A stretch of 64,000 nt of DNA, taken from the NCBI RefSeq assembly GCF_006345805.1, contig NC_043015.1, positions 44,330,001 through 44,394,000 of the forward strand, given 5' to 3'. The translations under genes were made by a program, and so were the position numbers. Positions 40,916-52,490 of the stretch are shown one piece after another. Below the pieces are notes generated by a model. That model was given only the letters and a program-made list of their open reading frames with translations, ran no database searches and was not told the origin of the DNA. Each line of letters begins with the position of its first letter. The stretch's first letter is position 1. Source of the DNA: Octopus sinensis. Taxonomy: Eukaryota.

Positions 40916-41370
40916 ACTTAAATATTTATATATATATATGTGTGTGTGTGAGTGTGTTTCTGTGTGTGTATGTATATATGTACGATTGAATGTGTATATA
41001 TCCAGAGTAAAATATATTCCTTAGTAATATATTTTCATAATATTTAAGAACCCAGAAATATGTGCAAAGAAATGGATATATATTACAATAAAATATGTTA
41101 AATTTGTCCGTAAAAGTCACACTATATAAGCTGGAGGAATTTTACAAATTTCACTGTAAATTATATTCCAAATACCTGAGAATATTCTGTAAAGTAATAT
41201 GTACAGTTAATACATAGCCCTACATTATAGTATTTAATTCAAATAGAATAGATTTTGTAGCAACGCACATACGACGATTTCACTCTAAACTCGCATCTCC
41301 AGGTCAAGTTACAATTTGATCATAAAATTTCTTCACCTCTTAAACTTGCCTACCTTTGCTCTGTACCCTT

Positions 41371-41619
41371 TTACTTGTTTCAGTCATGTGACTGTGGCCA
41401 TACCGGAGCACCGCCTTTAGTCGAGCAAATAGACCACAGGACTTATTCTTTGTTGTAAGCCTAGTACTTATTCTATCGGTGTCTTTCGTCGAACAGCTAA
41501 GTTACGGGGACGTAAACATACCAGCATCGGTTGTCAAGCGATGTTGAGAGGCACAAACACAGCCACACAACCACACACACACACACACAAACACACTCAC
41601 CACACACACACACACAAAT

Positions 41620-41681
<62 letters not shown>

Positions 41682-41830
41682 CGACGGGGTTCTTTCAGTT
41701 TCTGTCTATCAAATCCACTCACAAGGCTTTGGTCGGCCCGAAGCTATAGTAGAAGACACTTGCACAAGCTGCCACGCAGTGGGACTGAACCCAGGACCAT
41801 GTGGTTCGTAAGCAAGCTACTTACCACACA
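41371..41830 (-). mobile_element. SINE family B, near full length
   Basis: Matches the family consensus seen in the other copies. Confidence 0.9.
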
Positions 41831-43234
41831 TAGTGACTGTGTACTTAGCAGAGGTAACTGCTCCCTAATGGACACCGTCCTTGAATAAGAGTCAAATTTT
41901 CAATATTCATTCTTCATGAACGTGGATAGTGTAGGATCTTAATCAAAGTATGCAAGTTTGAAATAAATTATTTCAACATCTATTGTTTAGACTTTCAGTA
42001 AAATAATTCCAATATCGAACAATTTGATGACTGTTCCGTCTGCTTGCAACACTCAATCAAACTTTTCACCAGGATATAGAGTCAATATGAACAAACTCGG
42101 TTATGTTGATTTTTCTATGTGGCCCATTATATATATATAGTAGCACTAAACGTGATCAGATATGTTACTGAAGTCAGCTTGTGTCATCCGTTGTCATGTG
42201 CATATCTTTGTACAAAAATGGAATTTACACATTAAACAACAGAACCGTTATTACCGTAATGAAGCTAGTCAACATCTTTCTAGATTATAGCCTTGAAATT
42301 TGGCATGATAGTGGAAACAGAACTATGAACAAGTAAAATTACAGCATGATATTACTTTGTAGCGAAATTTAAAATAGAATTTTAATGAAGGCTTCAAATC
42401 AGTTAAATTATACAGTACCTGTTATTCATTATTCATCAGCGCAAGGGTGTGTTCTATGAAACGCGCAAATGTTTGCGGTAACAGGAATAATTTAGACTTT
42501 ATTACCTCATCAACTAAGGGAAATAATAATAATAAAAAACAAGAATTAAAGAATTAAAAGCTACCGGTATGATACAACTATTTTGCACCAACTGTTTAGG
42601 AATTTATTCACATGAAACATCTTATACATGACAGATATGAAACAAAAATCGGTTACTAGATAAGGGTTAATCAGTGGTTTTATAGTTCTTCAAGAGGGAA
42701 TACTAGATTTAAGCAATGGCCTGTAGGGAACTGAAACGGATGTATCGCATTTCATTCATAAATTGAAGACTATTCTTCTCTATAAAAATTTAATGCCAAA
42801 AGCATGTTTCTGGGTTCATGTACCGCACAGAAAATATCAGACACATCCTATAATAAATTTGTTAATTTTTCCTTATCCTTGAAAACTTCCTTTGTAAGAA
42901 TTATCATTAAAGAATTTATTAAATATTTCAGTTTGAGTTTCCAAGTGTACTTCAGCATATGCTTCTTACGCAGGAAGTATCACAGGGAATCTTTCACATA
43001 TATTTTATATTTTCTAATACCGAAAACTTTCATCTAATATATATACATGTTTGAAGAGCTATATTTAGTGTTATTTCAAACAGATTATCCTGCAAAATGA
43101 AATTAATTGGTTTAAATATGTCCAAATAAATATAAATATTAATTCGAAAATATGTTTAATCGTCTTCAAATTGAAAATATAAATGTCCGGACGTTACTTA
43201 TGGGAAGACCTGATATATATATGCATGTCATTAT

Positions 43235-43655
43235 TGAATTTATTTCAAGATTTCTTGCCAAAAGAGGAAGAACCGGTTTCTAACCTAGATCCAATGTCTT
43301 TCATTGGAATTTCAACATCAACAACAGCGTATTTTTGTTTATATATATATGTATTTGCAGATTTCTTTTGCTTTATGTATGTATTCTCATGCATAGAGTT
43401 ACATATCTAGGCATGCTCATATATATTTCAAAGATAAATTTCTGGAATGTTTTACATATTTTTACAGTTGCAGTGATGGATTGGACCTGTAGTCTTCGAA
43501 TTAGCTTTCGCCTTTCTGGTTTTAAGAAGCCTAATTTCTCAAGATTGGTATTTGGGCAGTGTGTTAAATATCCCAAGGCCCCAATAATTACAGGTATAAT
43601 CTTGAACTTGTAATCTGGATAGAATAACCGCAGATTTCATGGAGAAGTTACTAGT
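43235..43655 (-). mobile_element. 3' end of a restriction-like-endonuclease LINE (CRE/R4-type): C-terminus + 3' UTR
   Basis: NLRLFYPDYKFKIIPVIIGALGYLTHCPNTNLEKLGFLKPERRKLIRRLQVQSITATVKICKTFQKF; the P(V/I)(V/I)IGALG motif is typical of REL-LINE C-termini. Confidence 0.8.
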
Positions 43656-43679
43656 CTGGTTTATAGCTTTCCCCCTTTT

Positions 43680-43866
43680 CACGCTGGGCATAACGCTTAG
43701 CGGAATTTCTTCTGTCTTTGAGTTCTAAGTTCAAATTCCGTCGAGTGTACTTTACTTTTCTCCCTTTCGGGGACTATAAAATAAACACCAGTGGATCACT
43801 GGGTTCGATCTAATTGGCTTAAACGGCCCTACCACCCATTGCTGACTTTGTGCCAAAATTTGAAAC
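43680..43866 (+). mobile_element. Diverged SINE-A form 2 copy
   Basis: GCTTAGCGGAATTTC...AAGTTCAAATTCC...CCCTTTCGGGG...CACTGGGTTCGATCTAAT. Confidence 0.65.
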
Positions 43867-44679
43867 CAACATTAGATTATTTGCTGCTAATGCATTTAGT
43901 TTGCAGAAAACTTTTTAAGATACCATAAACAGACACTAAAAACAAACTACACGTATCTCTCACATTTCCATCAGTGGTTGGTCAGTCATGAGCGGATGAT
44001 TCGAGTATCAGTCTTAATTTCATTTTCTTTATACTTTTTTTTTTCTGTATGGCAGCTCCTACAGCTGAGTAAATTAGATTTGCTTTTGTTGAATTATCTT
44101 TGCTTCAGACTTAAGATGATTAGTAGTAATTAAAATTTTCAGCAAATGTTAATTTTTGAGTGGGGACTAATTTATATTGTATGCTTGAAACAACGGTTTT
44201 GTTCGATATCTGTGTGCTCTAAAGAACAGCTCCATTCAAAAATATAACGAGACCAACTTGCGGGGTTTCAACAGTCAGTAAGAAATAAGAAACCACACAT
44301 AAAATATAGCCAATGAGATTCTCATTTCCTGAATTTGAAATACAAAGTTTGCAGATACATATGATTCTACGTATTAATTGTTTCTGCACGTTTATATTCA
44401 CATATACGGCTAAACACACACTCACACACACAGACGTATATATATGCGCGTATCTGTGTTTGTATGTTTGTATATATTTGTGTGTGTGTGTGTGTGTGGT
44501 ACCGCTTCAACAAATAGATTAGCACTTGAGAATAAAGATAATCTTGTAAAAAGATGGTAAAATCTTTCTTCCCCAGTACCGATTTAACGCGTAATCTCTC
44601 TTTCGCCTTTACTAGCCCACCCACTCCAAATGTTTAGTCACATATAATTAAGTAGCGTACGACTCAATGTTGCCACATA

Positions 44680-44859
44680 TGCACTTTCAGAAACAAATCT
44701 GACTGTCTCCTAGAATAGGAGTGCGATATATCTTCCATTGTATATGAAGCACAGGTTTCAGCAAACTACGAAAATGTTCCTTCAGAATTCAAACGTTATA
44801 TCGGTGTCATGGAAAGAAAGTTTTAATCCAGCTGTAACAACCATCTTTCGGACTTCAGG
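44680..44859 (+). pseudogene. Penelope-like element GIY-YIG endonuclease remnant
   Basis: CTFRNKSDCLLE*ECDISSIVYEAQV...FKRYIGVMERKF*SSCNNHLSDFR matches the PLE pattern CNCR.K..CPL.G.C....IVY.A.V....YIG.T...FK.RY.NH...FR. Confidence 0.7.
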
Positions 44860-44959
44860 TAGCATGATATGAGGCAGTCAACAACAATTTCAGGTTTAAT
44901 CTGGAAACATAAGGATGAAGGGAGCAGTGTCGACATCAAATCCTCACCAAATACAGATC

Positions 44960-46100
44960 CAAAAAATGCTAGACCATTCAGAAGTATACAAATATCTGGG
45001 AACCAATGAAGGTGATGGCATTCAGCACTCTAAATTCAAAGGAAAAATGTGCAAGGAATGCTACCGAAGGGTAAGAACGGTCATAAACTCAGAATTAAAT
45101 GCTGTTAACAGAATTAGTGCGATCAATTCTTTGGCCATACCAGTAACCACACAGAGCTTTGGGATCATTAAGTGGACTCTCACTGAGATGCAGAATATGG
45201 ATGGAAAGATCCCTAAAATCCTTACAAGGTATCGAATGCACCATCCAAAATCAAATGTAAACAGGGTTTATCTCCCAAGAAAAATAGATGCAAGAGGCTT
45301 GATACAGCAAGAAAAATAATCCATGAAATCAGCAATAATCAGACTTGAATCGTACCTTAATACAACAAGTGATATGCTCTTATGAGCTTCACTGAAGCAT
45401 GAAAATTCCAAGCAAGTTTCAGTCATGATTCTTAGTAAGAAATTAAAAAAAGTCTCTTGGCCTTCAAGTTAACAGTAAGAATGATGAAAGGCACCCAAAT
45501 ACTAACAGACCTACCATTTCTTCTCCTGATTTAGAAATTAACAATGAGAAACACCAACGACATTAGACAAAAAGCAAAAAAGGCTTGTATGAATAAGATC
45601 GAAGACAACTGGAAAGGCAAACTCCTACTCTAACCGTATGTCTAAGCCAGATATTGATCAAAATCTAACACACTTATGGCTACAAGGGATAGGTGCGAAA
45701 GGGGAAACAGGTTTTGTTATTGCAGCGCAAGATCAGAGCTTACCTACCGGAAACTACCATGTAAACGTCCCTAAGGATGGATCTGGCCACTAGGGCAGAA
45801 TTTGCGGAAAATTCACAGAGACATTTGATCATGTTGTTTCTGGCTGCCCAGTCCCCGCTGAAAAAGAGTACATGACAGACTAGGACAGTACATCCGTTGG
45901 AATGAATGCTTATAAATACTACAAAATCCCATGATAAGCGGTACAGGCACCATCCAGGGGATGTAGCAAATGGTGAAGGCATCACCATCCTTTGGAACTT
46001 CCCAAAACAAACAGGCATAAAAACTGACGACAATCGACCACACATTGTGATCAAGGACTACAACAGAGGAGCTTGTATTTTAATAGACATCAACATCAAC
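44960..46100 (+). mobile_element. 5'-truncated R4/Dong-like LINE remnant (RT thumb, zinc finger, restriction-like endonuclease)
   Basis: YKYLG...SELNAVNRISAINSLAIPV...RMHHPKSNVNRVYLPRK..RGL; FVIAAQDQSL; RICGKFTETFDHVVSGCP; ILWNFPKQTGIKTDDNRPHIVIKD...CILIDI; stops and frameshifts; ends in an AAC/AAT repeat. Confidence 0.9.
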
Positions 46101-46275
46101 GACAACAACAGCAATAACAACAACCACAATAATAGAAACAACAATAATAAAAATAAATCAGAAAGGTATTAGCTGAAAAGAATGAATAGCATGGTACAGT
46201 AGGCTGCTGTTATCAAGTTCGCTACGCATGTAAGACTCCGGGAGTTTCAACATAGCCTGTGATCAAGAGAAATGA

Positions 46276-46483
46276 TAATCCTTTCTATTATAGGCAAAAG
46301 GACTGGAATTTGAGGGGAGGTGGATAGTCGTTCACATTCACCTAGTACATGACTGGAACTTAATTTATCGACCTCAAAATGATAAAATTCAAAGTCGGGC
46401 ACGGCGGAATTTGAACGTAGCTACGGACGAAACCGTCAACCATTTCGTTCGGTGCGCTAAGAATTCTGCCAGCTCACAACCTT
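46276..46483 (-). mobile_element. Diverged SINE-A form 2 copy abutting an (AAT)n run
   Basis: TAATCCTTTCTATTATAGGCAAAAGG tail ... TTCTGCCAGCTCACAACCTT head. Confidence 0.75.
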
Positions 46484-46489
46484 ATTGAC

Positions 46490-46625
46490 AATAATAACAA
46501 CAATATTAATAATCATAATAATAATAATAAGGATGATAAAAACAATAACGATGATGATGATCATCATATTAATAATAACAATAATAATAATAATAATAAT
46601 AATATAATAAGAAGAAGAAGAAGAA

Positions 46626-46672
<47 letters not shown>

Positions 46673-46740
46673 TAATAATAATAATAATTATAATAATAAT
46701 AATAATAATGATGATGACGATGATCATGATGATCATGTTG
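46490..46740. repeat. (AAT)n/(AAG)n/(GAT)n compound microsatellite
   Basis: Direct repeats. Confidence 0.95.
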
Positions 46741-47387
46741 ATCATGCTTTTATCTGCTAAATTTTTATTAGTTACTATGACAGAAAATGGAGTTGTGGTG
46801 ACATCAAAAGCTAGCAGTAACTACGTGTGACTCAAGGTCTATTTGTCACAATAATATCGTGGAGATCAAATTGTCCTACATGTTTATTCAGATCAAAAGC
46901 CTAATTCCGCCATAACTTTTTCTACATAATGATTGATTATTATTCCGCCATAACATGCATTTCAGATGAAATGAGGATGGCTGTAATGTCACCAACGATT
47001 GTAAAGATATACAGCATCGCAACGACAATCGAATATTGATGAAGCGGCTTAATGGAAATTCGGTATTCTAATTGCTATGGCGCTATTGTCATCTTCCAAC
47101 GATCGGCATTGATTTTACGGGTGAAATTCGTCACAGAAGGTTGGGAGAAATTATCATTTTGCACCATAAATATGCAATTAGGAATGCCACAGTACGTGAC
47201 AACAAAGAATTAGTCACTATATATATATAATATGATCTCTTACCTGCATATGCATGTATGTACATGTATACATACATACATTCATACGTACATATATAAA
47301 TATATATATATATATACATACACATATATATATATACATGTATATACATTATATATACGACATCATATATACGTATATGCATTCAGG

Positions 47388-47421
<34 letters not shown>

Positions 47422-47429
47422 ATATACAC

Positions 47430-47494
<65 letters not shown>

Positions 47495-48354
47495 ATGTGT
47501 AGGTATATATGTATATATACATATATATGTGTGTATATACATATATATATATATGCACATATAAAAAAGATATACATACACTTACCAGACACAAACACAA
47601 ACCCATACGCATATATACAATATATATAATTATGTGATAACATACTTTTGTGTGTATGTGTGGATTCATCCATGTATAATTTTAGCTTCAAGGCAAGTTT
47701 ATATGCGTTGGTATCATTGAGATTATGCGTGTGTCTCCCTGATGTTACGTAGATATACCCATCGGTTTGATTCGTATATTGAATAATGTATATTGGTAAG
47801 AAGATATAAATGTGTATGTGGTGGATTACTTTGTTGCTTTGGTTTTTTAGAATTCGTAACGTTTGTGCCTTTAGGTGTACCGTATTGACCCGAAACGCAT
47901 AGTTTCGCGCGTGATATCAGGGTGTGCGTTTTGCGAATGAATTTGAGTGTGTTATTTGTGTGCGAGCTTGTGTGAGTTTGTGTTTTTGTATGTGTGTGTG
48001 CGTTCGTGCATGTTGTCATATATGTATGTATGTATTGGTGTGTCAAGAACAGTGAAGAAATACGTATTAAAATGCATGAAAAATAAATCCTGTTTTAATT
48101 GAAATTTTCTTCACTTCCTGAGGGAGAACACAACTGCTTGCTAGAAATTGGCCCCAAATTCTGTCGAAAAATTTGTTTAATCAAAAGAATTTAGAAATCT
48201 CCAAAGGTGATACGATATGTCGGGAAAAGAATAGGTTGTCTGAATATCGTAGGGCAAATTTGAATACGAGTTTCCATGTGAATAAGTATGTATTTGCGGT
48301 AAATATCCTATTGTATATGCAGCACTGGGTTGTTTATGAATAGACACATTCACA

Positions 48355-48420
<66 letters not shown>

Positions 48421-49081
48421 AATATATATTATATATTTATATATATATATACGCACAACTCCCTCTCTCTAACAATCTATCTATCTAACTATCTATCTGT
48501 CTATCTATCTATACATACATATTTGATTTATATTTACATGTATGTACATGGGCTTGACAACCAGAGTTGGTCGGTTTCCATTCTTGCAAACTCGCAATTT
48601 AGTAAAAGGCAGAACCATACAATAAGCACGTGACCTAAAAAAAAGCAAGTACTGTGGTTCTGTTGCTCCACTAATCGCTTCAATCCAGTGCCCTCTACAC
48701 AGCGACAATCCAATGAAGATAAGGGATTAAAGAAAATAGTCATCCATAGAATAGAACGCGTAACATTTTACCAGAAAGCGCCGAGATGTTAACATTCACC
48801 CGACATTAATTTCTTGACAACGCTATCCATTAATAATGGCTGAATCATTTAATTTGCATCGAAAATATCCGAAGGAAATATATTGACGTACCGTATCGAT
48901 CTCATTCTTCTATGATAACTGTAAGGATTCACTATTCTCTAATGGAACCAGTGTTTACGTCATTTCATTATATTTTACAAACAAAAGTTTTCATAATTAA
49001 AAAAATATATATATGTACGAAGAAAATATATTTTTCGAGTTTCTCTAATCGATAATTTCTGCCTAATAGATCTGAATCCAA

Positions 49082-49469
49082 GTGGAAGCACTCCGTCGTT
49101 TACGACGACGAGGGTTCCGGTTGATCCGAATCAACGGAACAGCCTGCTCGTGAAATTAACTTGTAAGTGGCTGAGCACTCCACAGACACGTGTACCCTTA
49201 ACGTAGTTCTCGGGGGATATTCAGCGTGACACAGAGAGTGACAAGGCCGGCCCTTTGAAATACAGGTACAGCAGAAACAGGAAGTAAGAGTGAGAGAAAG
49301 TTGTGGTGAAAGAGTACAGCAGGGATCGCCACCCGCCCCTGCCGGAGCCTCGTGGAGCTTTTAGGTGTTTTCGCTCAATAAACACTCACAACGCCCGGTC
49401 TGGGAATCGAAATCGCGATCCTATGACCGCGAGTCCGCTGCCCTAACCACTGGGCCATTGCGCCTCCAC
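49082..49469 (-). mobile_element. tRNA-derived SINE, family D, full length with 12-bp TSD
   Basis: Head TGGAGGCGCAATGGCCCAGTGGTTAGGGCAGCGGACTCGCGG...GATTTCGATTCCC; TSD ATCTGAATCCAA at 49070-49081 and 49470-49481. Confidence 0.92.
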
Positions 49470-49564
49470 ATCTGAATCCAAACCGTGTATATAAATGACA
49501 AATTATATTCTTTCTTGAAAAATTTATGCTAGCAATTTTCTACTGCTCTGAAGTAACACAGGTG

Positions 49565-50160
49565 TTAAGGTAGAACTGAGAGAAGAATGCAAGCTGGCGC
49601 AAAAGAAATAACTCTACTTTTGAATGGCAAATAAGTAACATCATCAAGACCAGGAGTGGCATAGTTGCACTTATTCTTGAGCGGCATTGCAGGTTTGAAT
49701 TTCACAAATATTATAGAATTTGATATCAGAGTTGGTGAAGAAGGTATATTTGAATTTTCATCAGTAAAAATGCAAGCGTAGCATTCAACAATAACTTCAG
49801 CATATTCATTGAGGCCATCTTCGATCTGTGTGGGGATTGTAAAGAGGGCCAACTAGGATCTTTTCGCTTTGACTGGCAGATTTTAAAAATAATTTCAATG
49901 TAACTAAACACCTCAATAGACGTCATTGATTGGTTGAAATTGCCGAAATTGAAGAAAATGTTCTTACAAATAAATATCTTACAAACTACCGAATTTTCTC
50001 AAGAAAGCCAAGAGAAAAAGATATTTTATAAACACATTCTACCAGTATACGAAGTTTAAAATTTTTTAGAAATTATTTTAAAATTCTGCCGGTCAAAGCG
50101 AAAAGATCCGCTAACTAGAGAGCGAGGTCTCTGCTTCGAACATATATATTTCCAGAACTA
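49565..50160 (-). pseudogene. CR1/L2-type LINE fragment (region upstream of RT) split by a MITE
   Basis: FWKYICSKQRPRSL|VGPL ... NEYAEVIVECYACIFTDENSNIPS ... NYATPGLDDVTYLPFK (FWKYI.SK....SIGPL / EKAE.LN.YF.SVFT / APGPDGI). Confidence 0.75.
49856..50113. mobile_element. MITE with ~41-bp terminal inverted repeats
   Basis: GGATCTTTTCGCTTTGACTGGCAGATTTTAAAAATAATTTC vs reverse complement of GAAATTATTTTAAAATTCTGCCGGTCAAAGCGAAAAGATCC. Confidence 0.85.
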
Positions 50161-50798
50161 TCTACTGTCAGGGCTTGATGCTACACGTTGTACAAACTCA
50201 AGCACTGGAATATTTGTCACTTGCTTACGTATATACGTATGTATATGTATACATTTACGTATATTTTAAAACCTCATATCGAATACTTGCATCTTCACTT
50301 ACTTTCACCCCCGCGTATGGCTAACACCTCCAATAATGTTTCATTAGTTTGGCGAATTTTAGTTTTGAAAATGGTACAACTGATTTAATATAAATCAACT
50401 AAACGCGCATATCAGGACAGTTGGATACTTACAGAACAGTGACACCTGTCAGAATGGAATATGAAGAAAATAATAAATAAATTCCGAAGATGTATTACTC
50501 ACCATACTATATTACGACGTCCTGACTAAATATACATTTGTGCGCGGGTGTAGTTATGTTTTGTGTGTTTGTGGGCGTGTGTGTGTGTGTGCGTGCGTGC
50601 GTGCGTTCGTGCGTGCATGTGTGCGTGTGTGTGTGTGAGCGTGTGTGTGTTTGCGCGCGCTCATGTGTGTGCCTGCAGCATTGTCAAAAATGACATTTCT
50701 GCTTTTCTTTTCTGAAACCTCACGAATGCGAATATATCTAATCAGTGAAAAGGTCTCCCAAAAATCACGAAGGGGGTTCAATTTCAATAACTGCCTAT

Positions 50799-50947
50799 AG
50801 GCGCAGGAGTGGCTGTGTGGTAAGTAGCCACATGGTTCCAGGTTCAGTCCCACTGCGTGGCACCTTGGGCAAGGGTCTTCTACTATAGCCTCAGGCCGAC
50901 CAAAGCCGCGTGAGTGGATTTGGTAGACGGAAATGATGAAGCCAGCC

Positions 50948-50994
<47 letters not shown>

Positions 50995-51008
50995 ATATGT
51001 GTGTGTGT

Positions 51009-51048
<40 letters not shown>

Positions 51049-51260
51049 TGTTTGTGTGTGTGTATGCATGTATGTATTTATGTTTCTGAGTCTGTGTTTG
51101 TCCCCCGAAAATCGCTTGACAACCAATGCTGGTGTGTTTACGTCCCCGTAACATGGCGGTTCGGCAAGAAAGACTGATAAAATAAGTACTAGGCTTACAA
51201 AGAATAAGTCCTGAGGTCGATTTGGTCGACTAAAGGCAATACACCAGCATGGCAACAGTA
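50799..51260 (+). mobile_element. SINE family B with a short deletion in the head and a degraded tail
   Basis: AGGCGCAGGAGTGGCTGTGTGGTAAGTAG...GGTTCAGTCCC...AAGAATAAGTCCTGAGGTCGATT. Confidence 0.9.
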
Positions 51261-51276
51261 AAATCTCTGGAAAAAA

Positions 51277-51345
<69 letters not shown>

Positions 51346-52128
51346 TGTATATATATATTTTTGTTGCTCATACACTTGCTTATAGGTAAAGTCGCAATTT
51401 ATGTAGGTAACATATAGTTACACAAAGGAAAGTCTGAGATGTTTAAGAACCTGAGCGAGACTATGAGCTGAATGAGGCTGGGAGGAAATGGTCTGAGCGA
51501 AATATAGTAATTCGTTGCGTATCTATTCCAATTGTGCAAATTGGAGCTAAGTGAGAAATGAGAAATTTGATTTATTAATGCTGCTACAGTACGTGGACTG
51601 TAAGTTTATGAGAACGACAAATACATAAATATTAAAGCCCGCTGAGAGACCTAGAAAACTTTGGAACTTTTCACAGATATAGTTATGAACCAAAGTGTTA
51701 AGTTTATTTGGCACAGACTCAAAGACAGGTGAAGTACGAAATACATATGTTGAGTCTACTTTCAAGCAATAAACTTAAAGAACGAGTAAGCAATTAGAAT
51801 TTTATTATGAGTTCAGAAATCAGATAATAGATATTTGTGAGAAGAAAATTCAATTTAAGTGGAGAACTGCTACGAAGCAGAAATCATAACAGAGATTGGT
51901 GTTTGACGCGTAGCTCTCACACAATCACGGTTTTCAAACTTTGCAGCAAAATATTGAATTTATCTGAAACTTAAAGAGTGCAAAAGGTGGAGTGAATTGT
52001 GGGTTAATGGTCACAATTTCTCTTCATTGAATTGCATTTTATTATAACGAACGTTTGAGGCTTAAACAGTAACTGATTCCAGCCAGGAAAATTGCTCAGA
52101 AGTAAATTGGAATATTAATCTAAGAGAA

Positions 52129-52129
<1 letters not shown>

Positions 52130-52201
<72 letters not shown>

Positions 52202-52205
52202 ATAT

Positions 52206-52236
<31 letters not shown>

Positions 52237-52246
52237 TATATATATG

Positions 52247-52311
<65 letters not shown>

Positions 52312-52391
52312 CATATATTATATACCACTTACATACATATATATATGTGTGTGTGTGTTTTTATATATATTCACACATACATACATACATC

Positions 52392-52453
<62 letters not shown>

Positions 52454-52490
52454 TTTTATATATATATATGTGTGTATATATATATGTCTG
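52130..52490. repeat. (TA)n-rich microsatellite
   Basis: Direct repeats. Confidence 0.95.

Noticed and set aside
43250-43593. Two apparent plus-strand exons with AG/GT borders (DFLPKEEEP..., AVMDWTCSLR...)
   Set aside because: Phases do not join, and the minus strand clearly encodes a REL-LINE C-terminus and its 3' UTR
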